Positions 1-12,204 of a stretch of DNA of 64,000 bases are shown here, piece by piece. How positions within the stretch are numbered: position 1 is the first letter of the stretch; each line of letters begins with the position of its first letter. The notes under the pieces are model-generated. The model had not been told where the DNA came from. It worked only from the letters and a program-made list of their open reading frames with translations, and ran no database searches. This stretch comes from Vicugna vicugna (Eukaryota). The stretch lies in contig MU063892.1 in NCBI GenBank assembly GCA_013265495.1, forward strand, positions 5,861,308 through 5,925,307. The letters run 5' to 3'. Position numbers and translations under genes: made by a program.

Positions 1-1169
1 TGTGCCCACCTGACATACAGTTGGTGGGAGCGTGGCCCACAAATCCCCAGCGACCACAGCTGCGAGCCCTTTGAGGCTAAGGACCACCTCTTTTTCGTGA
101 CACTATTGTTCCAGGGCACAGTATCTGACACTTAGCAATACCTGGTGAACGTTAGAATAAAATGAATCAAAGAATTCCAACACCAGACAATAAAACTGTG
201 GTTTAGTGGCCACTTTTCCATTTCATCATGACTTTGGAAGCTCAAGCCACTAAAAAATTGGTAAAAATAGTCTCCAAACAAGTGGAAAACATTAGCATGT
301 ATACAGCTATAGAAGTATCTGTCTTCATTACCAGCTGAGAATCCTTTGAGAGGAGACAATGCGTTCCTAAATCTCTCATATCATGGGAGACATTCAATAA
401 ACCAATATTTACTGTAAATAAAGATGTGATAAAACCCCTTCCTCTGCCCTGAGCAGGCAAAGAGTTTATGCTTCTGGAATACATATCCAACTGTTCTCTT
501 CCTAGGACCTGGTATGACGGTTCCAATTTGAATATAAGTAGCATTTGTATCAGTTCAGCCACCATGCATCTCCATCACTGTACGTAATTGAGAGCTAACT
601 CTGGCTTCCTCAGGGAGGAATTATGTATGGAAGATTCATGCCTTTGCGAGGTAAAGTTCCCAGTTGAAAGGCCTCTGTTAATTTATAGGAGGTCATAAAT
701 CAGCAGGAAAAGAAACATTGGCTCACAATCCATGGAAGGAAAAGACATTCTCCAGGACCAAATGAAAACCAGGCCACAAGCCTAAGCATGATTTAAGACC
801 CTAGACTCCATTATCTGTTCCTAGCTGATTTGGATTCTTTGGGACTTCTTTGCTGAGGCCAAGAGAAGAGAGGGTTTTGCACTGACCACTGACCATGAAC
901 CAGAGGGATACAAAATATTATTCAGCTAACTATACATTACAGATGTGCCATTTCTGCTTGGAAGAGCAATGCCATGCATGCATCATTTACCATGATCTTG
1001 CCAACTGGCTGCAGCCATCACGGTCCCTCTGGCCAAAATGTGTACTTGCAAAAGACAGCTCACACTCAGATACTGATTCAAAACTGGGATTCTCAGACTT
1101 GGCCGAGGTATTTAGAAGACTGTTCTTGTGGTCTGAAAGCAAGGAAGAATAGAGGTGGAAAGTCTACGC

Positions 1170-1275
1170 TAATCTGAGGTGGTGGTTACCGAGGTGTATA
1201 CAGAAGTCAAAACTCATCTAACTGAATACTTCAGAATTGTGTATTTTATTATATGTAAGATTCTAAGAAAATGCC
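1170..1275 (+). mobile_element. Ancient L1M (L1MB/ME-type) 3' end fragment
   Basis: ggtggtggttaccgaggtgtatacagaagtcaaaactcatctaactgaatac...tgtattttattatatgtaa matches the remembered L1M 3' terminus. Confidence 0.65.
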
Positions 1276-1394
1276 AATGAAATTGTTTCTGGAAGCAAGA
1301 GAATGGGTATTTAATTGTTAGAGACAAACTGCCTAGACATGTAACTATCTCTGTGTAGTTTGTGATTTCTGATCAAGGAGAGAAGTATTTCCTG

Positions 1395-1720
1395 CTATTA
1401 TGGCTCAAGATCTGTGTAAACTGTTAAAGACAGAAACTCCCTGTCCTCAAACGGCCTCTGGGCCGGAGGAGGAGGCAAGGCACGTGAACAGGCAGTCATA
1501 ATACAGTCTGATAGGTGCTGTGATGGAAGAAACCCCGAGAGGGAACTGTGGGAGCAGAGACAGCCCATTCAACCCACTCGGAAGCCAAGAGTAGTTCTCC
1601 TGAGGCTTGATGGATGAGTAGATGTTTTCTGGTCAAAGGTTGGGGAGGGCAGTGGGAATAGGAAAAAGAGCTTTAGCAAAGGAACAGACAGTAGTGTGAA
1701 ATAACAGTTTTCATTTGGGT
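1395..1720 (-). mobile_element. L2 LINE 3' fragment
   Basis: Purine-rich antisense L2 pattern (aagacagaaactccctgtcctc...gataggtgctgtgatggaag...ggatgagtagatg). Confidence 0.6.
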
Positions 1721-2019
1721 TTTTTTAATCATTATGAATAGTTGGTGGGGAGAGGGTTGTTGGATCAAACATTATGAGCTGGGAGAGGGCAGTCAATGAG
1801 CCTGGAAATGTTAAGAAACAGATTTTTTCCAGATGAGAGTTTGTCTCAGCTGAGCTACAGAAAAGTAGACTAAAGGCTGTAAACGCACTTGGGTAGACAT
1901 GGGAACAGCGTCTACAGCCTTGTTCCGTTTCACCCACTGAGATGGAGGAGGAAGAAGATAACGACTACAGCTCTGGAGAGGGGTGAGAGAGCCAGATGGA
2001 AACTAGGGACCTGGGCCCA

Positions 2020-2170
2020 GGTGCTTCTCCTTCATGAAACTTACTGTGTGACTTGAGGCAGGGCTTCACCTCTCTGAGCCTGTTTCCTCACCAGTCAGTT
2101 GGGGATAATATCAACAACTTCACAAAATCAGAGTGAGATGCAGAAATACAAAGCACTTTGGATATTGTAA
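2020..2170 (+). mobile_element. MIR SINE
   Basis: MIR core tgtgtgacttgaggcagggcttcacctctctgagcctgtttcctcac...ggggataat. Confidence 0.75.
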
Positions 2171-3629
2171 AGGGTCTTCTGGCATAAATTTGCTCAAAGA
2201 ATTAATGAGAGGCTCAGGAAGAAGCTTACTAAGTAAAAAGGAGCCTACCTAGATGAAGTTCTTTCCGACCTTTCATTTTGATGAACCTGGCAGGTGACGC
2301 GGTGAGTGGTCTATAGGAGGGCGTCCGTGGCGATGTGACTGCCTGAGTGGAGGCATGAATACATCACGCCAGACATTCAGAGAAGGGGACTATGGACACC
2401 CAAGAGAGGGAAGGAGCAGCGTGGGGGAAGTCTGGGCTGCTCAAGAGCCAGGGCAGCGAATGGATTTTGGGCTTGTTGGATTCTGTGGACTCTGTACGAG
2501 ATTCTTACAATTATCCCCAGTGTGGTGGGACATTGAAATCATGTCACGTCTCCTGCTCCAGGGCCTTCACACCAAGTGGGAGGCAGGGCTGTAATTCCCT
2601 GGGCACAGTCCAGGAGTGGGCATCGCATTTGGCACCGCTGAGTCATCCACAGGATATTGAGAGACGCTGAACTCCTCCCCTGCGCCTTCACTGACCCGTC
2701 TTAATGCTCTGTTGAGACTCAAATCCTGTTTGTAAATGGAAGACCCCCAACCCTCACAGGGGTCCCCCATTGCTGTTCTGTGGGAGCCTCCAGTCCCGTC
2801 CGATTGATTGATTTCTCCGGATACGCTGAGGGTGGTCCCGGGGGGAAGGGGGTCTTGGCAGGATACCCCCCCATATTCTTAGCTCATTTGCCACTGTGCC
2901 CTTGCCAAGTTTTGCTTCCCGTTGCATTTCATCAGATCATTCCTTAGTCTGTCTCCTTAAGGCACATTCAAAGAATCTGAATTAAGCTTCAGTCAAGCCC
3001 CTGACTTCCCCTAGAACGCGTTGTTAGGGAACTCGCCCACAAAGGCAGCCCGGGCGCTGTCCCAGACTCCAAGCTCCCTTTCCTCTCCTCCTCATCCTCC
3101 TCATCATTCAATTAATCTCCAGCCAGTTTTCCTCAGTGGCCCTTAACGCTCCTGGTCATTGGGCAGGCCCTTGTGTGTCCTGAACAGCTATGCCAAGAAT
3201 CTGCCCATCATAGCCCTTCTTTTCTGCTCACTGCAACCATGAGACTTTTGTCGAATTATCTCTGGACCTGGAAGAAGTTTCACTTTCTGGAGAAGAGCTT
3301 TTTAGCTCTAGTCTCCAGTTTCTCCTGTACCAAAGGCAGACCCCTCTAATGCCTCCAGTCAAGCGCTCCCACCCACCCAAAGCAAATCCTCCTCTGAGAC
3401 AAAGGAGAGACTTAACTTGCAATGTCTTATTCACAAGTCCTTCATCAAAGTAAGTGAGTACAACCCTTGTCTGTTTCCACAGCCTTCTCTGAGCTGAGAG
3501 GTTGTCAGCAAACATTTTCTGAAACATCAACAAGAGCTTTCGTAAGGTGGCTGCTGGGAGCAGGGGGAACGTCTGGCTGTCAGAGCAACCAAACTAGACC
3601 CCACATCTCTTGAGTTCTCTCCACCCCCA

Positions 3630-3900
3630 CGACCACTGTAGCCTGGGCCTCCGTTAGCTCCTACCCGACCCACTCCAGAAGCATCCCATGTGGTCCCCTA
3701 TGATTCAATCTCCACGTGGCAGCTGGAGAGAATCTAAAAATGTCAATCGCATCTCACTTCCCCCTTTCCTATCCCAAGTCAAGACCTACTTAGATAAAAC
3801 TTAACCTCTTTCATTCTGCCTAGGGATCCCCGTGGTTTTGCTCTTTGTCCAAACTTGGCTCCTGTCAGTCTGTCTCATCCACTCTGCTCCAGGCATATCA
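3630..3900 (+). mobile_element. L2 fragment
   Basis: Pyrimidine-rich L2-like tctccacgtggcagctggagagaatctaaaaatgtcaatc. Confidence 0.5.
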
Positions 3901-4080
3901 GTACTCTTTTGGGTTCTCAAACTTCCAGACTGGTTCCCTCCTAAGAGCCCGTACAGTAGTAGCTGTCCCTTTCATGGGATATTCTCTCTTCTGATTTTTA
4001 TATTACTGATTTTTTATCTCCTTCTTGTAATTCAGACTGAAGATCTTGGTCACCACATTTAGATTACCAGGCATATCGTG

Positions 4081-4148
4081 TTAGGTAGAGGCATATGAAA
4101 TTGCTGTTTGGTGGGTTGACTGGTGGAAGTTTGAAAGGTTCGACCTAA
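4081..4148. mobile_element. Degenerate MADE2-like mariner MITE
   Basis: ttaggtagaggcatatgaaattgc...aaggttcgacctaa; ends ttaggt/acctaa are inverted and the left arm resembles MADE2 (ttaggttgaaccatatgaaattgc). Confidence 0.5.
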
Positions 4149-5224
4149 GAAAAGCTCTGAGCGTATTTGTCTTGTATGAATCACAAGTCTTTATACGACT
4201 GTTTTTATAGAGTACAAAGCGTTATGACGGGTACACAGTGGTAGGTGATGCCGCCGTCACTGTGGTCATCATCGTTATCATCGTCATTCTAAGTCACAAG
4301 GAAGATGTAGGAGCAGAGGAAACTTCAGCATTAAACTGGTTTGGGATGCGGGAGACAGGAGGTCTGAGACTGGATCTGCCAGTGCTGTCAAACTGTGTGT
4401 TCTTGGCTAAGGCAGTATCTTTTAGAGGTAACACAGAACTGGATTTTAAAATCAGACCTACAAGAAACAAGTATCTTACCATGTATCAAACTTTATGAAT
4501 CATTTCTAGGCTACAAATACTCACAAGGCACAGGGACAGCAGGGAGAAGCTGGGGCGGCCAATACCACCTCCCAGGCCCTTTCTTGCCGCATTCGGACTT
4601 GGTCTAGCCCAGATTTAACATGCAGGTCTCCAAAAGATGTATCTGAACGCACTGTTTACATGAAAGCCAGCTCTTCTAGTCATGAAACATTTCCATTTTA
4701 CGCTCCAGTAATTACATAGCTTACGTGACATTTTTCAGGGCTCCATGCCCCATGAATCAGTAGATTTCCAGGTTTATTTACCGTAAGTGATCCTAGCAGG
4801 ATAAGGTACATGATGCTAAAAGTATCTCAAAGATAAAAATTCTGCCACTAACAAATACCATCCGTGGTTTCTGCTGGAATCCTTAATAGGTATTTACAAG
4901 GAGATTTGACCAGGTCACATTTCTTCCTCCAGGGTGTCCCCAGGAAAGGGAAAGACTGTATCGCAGGCCTGTGTAACCCTTTCCTTCCCACTTCTGTGGG
5001 CTATAATTCCCTCGTCTATAAAAGGAAAACCTTGCTCTGCATATCCGAGGTCTTAAACTGTTTTCAATCTCATTGAACCCGTGATAAGTGAGGCTATTTC
5101 CAGCCACTACTGGGCGGAAGCTACATAACTAGCAGTAGTAAAAGGAATTCCCCACCACAAGGATGGTTCACCTCAACTCGAAAAGCTCCTTCCTGCTTAA
5201 TGATCACGAGCAAGTAGGGTGTGA

Positions 5225-5440
5225 TGAGAAGGGTGTGAGTCAGAGGAGCAAAGGTTCGAGCCTCAGGTCTAGAACTTAGTGGCTACAGGTCTCTGGGAAA
5301 GTAGCACAAGACATCTAAGTCACCATTTCCTCACCCGTGAGATCGCATGATGGCATCTTCCTCCTGGGACCGTGGTGAGTTTGAAATAAGATGATGTATG
5401 TCAACACCACGCACAGTAGTGAGCATAAAGCAACTGGCAG
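5225..5440 (+). mobile_element. MIR SINE
   Basis: gagtcagaggagcaaaggttcgagcctc...atttcctcacccgtgag...gtgagtttgaaataagatgatgtatg. Confidence 0.65.
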
Positions 5441-5619
5441 TGATGAAGCCATTCATTCATTTACGCATTTGCACGCACGTACCCTGTCATAAGGCCATGC
5501 TCTCTACAGCAACACACACCAGTGCACATACCAACACGTGATGACAGCAGTTAGGGTCACACTAGGGGGCAGCACAGACAGCCCACTAGCCACTCACACC
5601 TCTTTCCACTCCTACCATC

Positions 5620-5770
5620 TTGCCTGCAGCTCCAAACCCCTGTGCACACAGCATCCATAGCAAACGTCCTGAACTAGACTCTGAGCCATTCCATTGCTTA
5701 AAACCCTCCAATAGCTCCTGACCGCACTAAAGAAAAACCCTAAACTCTTCCCCCCACCCCGCCCCGTGCA
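5620..5770 (+). mobile_element. L2 fragment
   Basis: ctgagccattccattgcttaaaaccctccaatagctcc is a typical L2 motif. Confidence 0.6.
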
Positions 5771-5817
5771 CGGCTCTCAGTGACTGGGTTATTGTCTTCC
5801 TTTCACTGGCCCCCGGG

Positions 5818-6190
5818 GTTAGTCAGGGCAGACGAAGTGCTGAAACAAATAATTCCAAACTCTTAGCAGAATAACACCACAAAAGTCTGATTCTCCTTCA
5901 CGCCTCCATCTAGTGTGGGTTGGCTGAGAAAGGAGGGACTGCCCCCCACGCCCCTGACAATTTCGAGGCCTTGTTTCCTTTGGTCTTGTGGGTCCCCCTC
6001 CTCTGGGTTCCCAGAGTTCTCTCTGTCTGCCAGAACATGGGGAAAGAGAGAAAGGATTGCTTATGAAAAGGTTTATGGACCTGGAAGACATGCCCACCAC
6101 TTCCTGTCTCATTCTATTGGCCAGGAATGAAATCAGAATATTGCTTCATTTAACCACAAAGGAGGCTGGAAAATTTGATATTTGTGATCA
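5818..6190 (-). mobile_element. MLT1K/J-type MaLR solo LTR
   Basis: ttagtcagggcagac...aaacaaataattccaaactc...cacttcctgtctcattctattggccaggaa...accacaaaggaggctggaaaat. Confidence 0.7.
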
Positions 6191-6229
6191 TTAACATTCT
6201 TTGTCCCATTCCCTTACAATTGACACTGG

Positions 6230-6620
6230 AGCAGCCCCAGACTCCTTCCATTTATCTGCCACACCATTCAGGTCACCATCTCCGTGCTTTGGACCCCTGC
6301 TGGTCTCTCTGTCAACAACGCTTTAGGTGAACTTCCTTTTCTCCTTCAGTTCTTGTCCAAGCATTACCTCCTCTTCAAGTCTTCCCTTATTGGACCCCTT
6401 TTCTGACCCAGAGATAGAGCTCATTGCTCATTTTTCCTTAGTACATCTAGACTTTGCCCACACTGTCACTCTGCCCTGGTGGTTTGTTCACATGCTCGCC
6501 TCCCCTCTAGAATTCCTGCTCCTTCTGAGCAGAGTCCTGCTCAGGCACCTCATCGATAAAGCCAGAAGAACATTAGCTCTCCACATCACCTAGTTGTGAA
6601 GAATTCATAAATTAATGGAT
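6230..6620 (+). mobile_element. L2 3' end
   Basis: ccaagcattacctcctcttcaagtcttccctt...cctcccctctagaattcctgctccttctgagcagag, ending near ataaattaatggat. Confidence 0.6.
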
Positions 6621-9094
6621 ATAAAGTTCTCAGTATGTTGCCTGTGACACACAAGGCACACCCAGTAAAATAGAGTGCTACTATCATGTCCTTCTGATTT
6701 GTTCTGTGGATGGGGACAGAAATGCTCTCCCTCCTTGAACAGCCTTGAATTAGGGCAGAGAAGCTTGCGCTGTGGACACGTGGCCTCCAGGGAGTGGCTC
6801 TGGCAGGCAGAGGCTTTGGTGAGCTCCCCTGGCCCTGGAAGGGTTCCTTGAGTGAGGTCTGGCAGGGGCAAAGAGAAGCTGACAAGTTAAATGATTTAGT
6901 CTGCTCAGCAAAGTAAATGTGGCTCCAGGAAGTTAGAAGTCACTCAGAATGGAAGCTCCAACTGCCACTGGGTGGAGGAACTTTTTTTTTTTTTTTCCAA
7001 ACTCAATTTGTTTTCACTTGAGCTGCTTCATTTCATCAACACAGCTCCTTGGAACACTGGCTAAATTCCCTGAAAAAAAAGACTCTTTATTTAAGTGTTT
7101 TCTTTTTCTCCCCCTCCCTTCTCCGTAGTTCCTCAAATGCAATAAAAATTAAACACTTGAAGAACTAGAGAAAGTCCCCCAAAACACTTGGTGTACACCA
7201 GGTATATGATTGCCGGGCTGGCGAGGGTAAGACTGCAGGTTTGGAGGTGGAGTTGCCCTCAGCAGCAGAGTGACTGTGGTTAAATCGTTAGCTAAAATGG
7301 CCATGTGACTGATAAATGGCCTCTTCACAAAGACCCTTTCATCCAGGTCATTCTTGTGTGAGGCTCTCAGTGCCTCTGCATTTCAGCCTCAAGAGGAAGG
7401 AAGGGGAAGGAAGCAGACCTTCATCTGAAGCAGCACAGAAGCTTCCTCAATCAAGAGTCTGGGTTGCAACCCACTCTCTGCTCATGCATCTGGGCAGTGA
7501 GCACTCACTCCATTGCTCCACCAGCGTGACTGGCACAAGGGCCAAAGCCAGACCATGCTGGGGAGTTTCCGTCTTTATTACCTGGAATTTTTAAAAAGAG
7601 AATAAACCAAAGAGCGTCATTTGTACTGACCGGTGAAAGACTCTGAGATGGCCTAACCCTTCCAGTTCGGGACCTGCTGATTCCAGACCAGCTCTGGTTC
7701 CTTCGGAGTATGAAGCATCCCAGTTTTCGTTCTCTCTGCTGGAGAGGAAACATAACACGTCAACAGCAAAAAACTACATAAAGAATAGTTTTCTTTTTCT
7801 TTATTTTTCCTCTCTGCTGCCTCTTCACTCTTTTTTTTTTTTCTGGCCTTTATAAGAACTTGGCAGAGCTGATCAACTAAGCAGATTTTTCCACACAAAG
7901 AATATAAAGATTCACTGTAAACTATAATGGAGGCATTAACATGACTATGGTGGTCTAGTTTAGGAAGATAATTTTACTTAATTTTTCTCCCTAACCTATT
8001 AGACATTTAATTCCTACAGATGTGAAAAATTATTTCCAAGGAATAACCAAAAAAATGCTACTACTGTTTTATTGTATTTACAAAGAAACCAGCACTCTGC
8101 TGTAATCCACCAAATCCTGTAAGATCTCTTTGTTTAGAGAAAATTGACAAAAAAATGTAAACCACAAAAACTAGAGCAAAAACTGTCAGGGTTTAAAAAA
8201 TAGTAAGTTCTAAGAGGGCAGTTTTAGAGAGAGCCCCTGGGGCGAGCAACCATCAGGAGCACTGATCAGGCTCCGGGAAGTTATGTGCAGGGGTTAAACT
8301 GGGTCAGGGAGGGAGCGTGTTTTAAATCATATAATCTGTCTTCCATACCTGCAGGAAAAGTTCCATGGACGCGGCACAGGCTGCTTCCTTTGGGGGCCCT
8401 TGGGAGGAGATGGAGGTTGTAAAGAGACAGGAGAAAGCTCTCTGGTACATGAAGACTCAAGTTGCTGCAAAGGAAGGGCCCCTCAGCAGAGGAGTGAACT
8501 CAGGAAAGTTTCCACTCCACATGCCCTTCGTTTCCCACTTGGAAACCACGGTAGTGTGTCTGCGGGGACGGCGGTGTCTGTTACGAGAGTACAGCTCTCT
8601 CATCAGAAGTCAGCAGCCTGTGGAACCAGGGCTGGGGCGGCTTCACAAGTGCGGGGAGTTACAGTCCTCTCCCTCGGCTCCTCTTTCCAAACACTGCGCT
8701 CCTGTCAACAAAGGAAAAGTTCAATCATCCTGAACTTCCAGACCCATTATTAAAGAAGAGTAGGAAAATCATGCTGATGGTTAGGTTCTCTGACATTTGA
8801 CATCGTTTAAAGATCTGTCTTGAGTAAAAAGGTCTCATTCACTGAACGTTTTCATCTTTTCCATTTGGCAAACTCTGGTCCCCTCACCTTTCCTTCCACC
8901 CAGACTAACTGTGAAAGGTTATCTCATTAAGGACAATACGTACTTTCTTCTGGGACTCCAGCCTCACATATACCCAGAATTATAACGACGGTAGCAATGC
9001 TCTTTGTCAGAAACTTACTGTATGATTACAGCATGCTGTTTGGCAAGCATAACCTTATAGAAGTTCGAAGGCAACTCTGAAGTAAGCAGTCCTG

Positions 9095-9215
9095 TTCGCA
9101 ACCAACAGCTGAAGAAACTGAGGTGCTCAGAAGTTCCCATGAGCAGTGAATGACAGGAATTGGTCCCAACCGAGATCCGGCTGATTCCAGAGCCTTAATT
9201 ACTTCACTAAGTGCC
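9095..9215 (-). mobile_element. MIR SINE
   Basis: cagctgaagaaactgaggtgctcagaagtt...gctgattccagagcc. Confidence 0.65.
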
Positions 9216-9423
9216 CCAACTGAGACACAGCCACCAACATGGGTGGAGAATGCAGCCGAGTTCTCCCTGCCTCCGCCACGGACTGTCTGCTCACGCATCT
9301 GTCTGCAAGGGCTCTCATCACCAGAATGCCTCCATTTATTCTATTTACATCATGTTAAGCCCTGAAACTCTTCATGGACCTGACCCACGCCAGCTGCACA
9401 ACCCTCAGGTGGAGGTTATTCTT

Positions 9424-9584
9424 TTTGTGTGTGTGTATGTGTGTGTTTGGATTTTTTTTTAACATTTTTTATTGATTTATAATCATTTTACAGTGTTGTG
9501 TCAAATTCTAGTGTTCAGCACAATTTTTCAGTCATTCATGGACATATACACACTCATTGTCACATTTTTTTCTCTGTGATTTAT
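9424..9584 (-). mobile_element. Short young L1 3'-end insertion with 17-bp TSD
   Basis: Nearly identical to the 3' end of the L1 at 11216. Perfect TSD aggtggaggttattctt at 9407-9423 and 9585-9601. The tail contains a GT/CA microsatellite. Confidence 0.92.
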
Positions 9585-9759
9585 AGGTGGAGGTTATTCT
9601 TGAATGACCTCCACTTGCACTTGGGTTGCTGGGTAATTTGGGGGAAAAATCTTTCAGAATTGGTAAGAGTCTTATTTCATGGTCTCCAACCTTCACTGAG
9701 TCTTCAGAGATGCCTAGGAGTCCCATTGTGCTCCTATGGGCAGTGCTTCCCCCTTCTCT

Positions 9760-11135
9760 GAGGCAGCTGTTTCAAACTGTCTCCTCTTCTCTAAAACACA
9801 TGACCTCAGTTTCCATGTGACTGCCTCCCACAGAAAAACAGAGGACATCAGTCAAAATTCCTTCCACTTCCTGCCATAAAATTTACATAGTTGCATCTTC
9901 ACTCACCCCTTTCTCAACCTTTCTTGGTGGCCTGGAAGAAGCATCCTTTATCTTACTGAAAACTGGACCCTGTTGATTCCTGCCTTCTCAGGGATGTTAC
10001 TCCATCCATCTCTCCCTCTCTACTGGCCGCATCCCGTGAGTGTGTGGACAACACACTGCCTCCAGTCCCCAGGTCCTCCTCCAGACTCCACATACTCTCT
10101 CTTCTCTGTCACTGGAGAAATTTCTCTAAAGTGCATCAAATATTTCCATTTCATCACCTCCCACTCGCTCCTCAGACCTCTGTGTCTGGCATCCTCACCT
10201 TCACAACACTGAAGCTACACTTGAAAAATCAACTTCTTCCAGATTCATGTGCAATTTTCACCTTCCATCTCACTTGACTTTTCTATAATTTAATAGCATT
10301 GATCACTCAAAGCATTCTCTTTCCTTGACTTCTGGCACAAGGGATTCTAATTAATCCTCCAGCCGTCTGTCTGTTCCTTCCTGTCCCTGTCTTGGCCCAG
10401 CTTGTTTCCTGTTTCCATCCCCCGTGTTTGGTCTCATCCTCTCTAGTGACATGTTCGTACCCCTTAAACCTGCATTTCTATTTCGGGTCACTTTTCTGGG
10501 CTCCAGCTTTTCTGTTCAATGACCTTCCACAGATTGCACCGGGATGTCTCGCAGGCACTTTGTATTCAACACTTGTAAAACACATCCGCTGCACTAAACC
10601 CGTTCCTTCTGTTCCTGCATTTCACTTTCAGTGAGTAGTGCCATCTATTTGCCCAGTTTCTCAAGCTAGAAAGGGTGACAACACCCTTGTCCTCTTGTTT
10701 TGCCTCAGCTCCCACACATAGGAATGATTAAATTCTACGAATTCTCTTTCTCAGCTATATCTTGAATATACCTGCTTACCTCTAGTTTCCGTTTCACTCA
10801 CAGGTCACCACCTGCTCTTACTCCGAGTCTCAGCTGCATGTTACCCTCCCTTTGGGTCATTGCCCACATGCCCCCATTTGCTTAACTTAACATTCTTCCA
10901 TCATAATTTGCACTCTGATATTCTCTTTAATAGGAAGTCTTTTGTACCCCCAGGGCTGGCTTGGGTCCCCCTCCTCTGTGTACCTGCAGCATCCTGTGAT
11001 TCTCTCCTTCGTGTCAGTTACACTCTAGTTTTAATATTCTGTTTACGAACCTGTCTTATCACCCACTGTCTAGTTTATAATTTTGTCTTGAACACGTAGC
11101 CCAGCCTTTGGCATCTAATAACTGTTCAATGAATG
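9760..11135 (+). mobile_element. Long L2 (L2a-type) fragment
   Basis: Continuous pyrimidine-rich L2 motifs (gatcactcaaagcattctct, ttccttgacttc, gcccagtttctcaagctagaaa) ending ...ctgttcaatgaatga. Confidence 0.8.
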
Positions 11136-11215
11136 ATGTATTTTTAAACTATGACTTTGTTTTCTGCTAGTTGTGCAGTGACATACACACATGTATTACT
11201 CAACGAGAGTATGGC

Positions 11216-12183
11216 TTTTTTTAACATTTTTTATTGATTTATAATCATTTTACAATGTTGTGTCAAATTTCAGTGTTCAGCACAATTTTTCAGTCATTCA
11301 TGGACATATACACACTCATTGTCACATTTTTTTCTCTGTGAGTTATCATAACATTTTGTGTATATTTCCCTGTGCTATACAGTGTAATCTTGTTTATCTA
11401 TTCTACAATTTTGAAATCCCAGTCTATCCCTTCCCACCCTCCACCCCCCTGGTAACCACAAGTCTGTATTCTCTGTCTGTGAGTCTATTTCTTTCCTGTA
11501 TTTATGCTTTGTTTTTGTTTGTTTGTTTGTTTTTGTTTTTTAGATTCCACATATGAGCGATCTCATATGGTATTTTTCTTTCTCTTTCTGGCTTACTTCA
11601 CTTAGAATGNNNNNNNNNNNNNNNNNNNNNNNNNNNNNNNNNNNNNNNNNNNNNNNNNNNNNNNNNNNNNNNNNNNNNNNNNNNNNNNNNNNNNNNNNNN
11701 NNNNNNNNNNNNNNNNNNNNNNNNNNNNNNNNNNNNNNNNNNNNNNNNNNNNNNNNNNNNNNNNNNNNNNNNNNNNNNNNNNNNNNNNNNNNNNNNNNTC
11801 CTGAAGTAGGGTTCCTTCTGGATACAAGCCCAGGAGTGGGATTCCTGGGTCATATGGTAAGNNNNNNNNNNNNNNNNNNNNNNNNNNNNNNNNNNNNNNN
11901 NNNNNNNNNNNNNNNNNNNNNNNNNNNNNNNNNNNNNNNNNNNNNNNNNNNNNNNNNNNNNNNNNNNNNNNNNNNNNNNNNNNNNNNNNNNNNNNNNNNN
12001 NNNNNNNNNNNNNNNNNNNNNNNNNNNNNNNNNNNNNNNNNNNNNNNNNNNNNNNNNNNNNNNNNNNNNNNNNNNNNNNNNNNNNNNNNNNNNNNNNNNN
12101 NNNNNNNNNNNNNNNNNNNNNNNNNNNNNNNNNNNNNNCTTCTGCCCATTTTTGGATTGGGTTGTTTTTTTTTTCTTATTGAG
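11216..12183 (-). mobile_element. Young lineage-specific L1, 5'-truncated (ORF2 C-terminus + 3'UTR), two N gaps
   Basis: T tail, ttagattccacatatgagcgatctcatatggtatttttctttctctttctggcttacttcacttagaatg; minus-strand translation ILSEVSQKEKEKYHMRSLICGI. Confidence 0.92.
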
Positions 12184-12204
12184 TTGGCTGTTCTTTTAAA
12201 AGGC

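Noticed and set aside
8365-8753. Two overlapping plus-strand ORFs of about 120 aa
   Set aside because: No recognisable domain; the GC-rich patch lowers stop frequency
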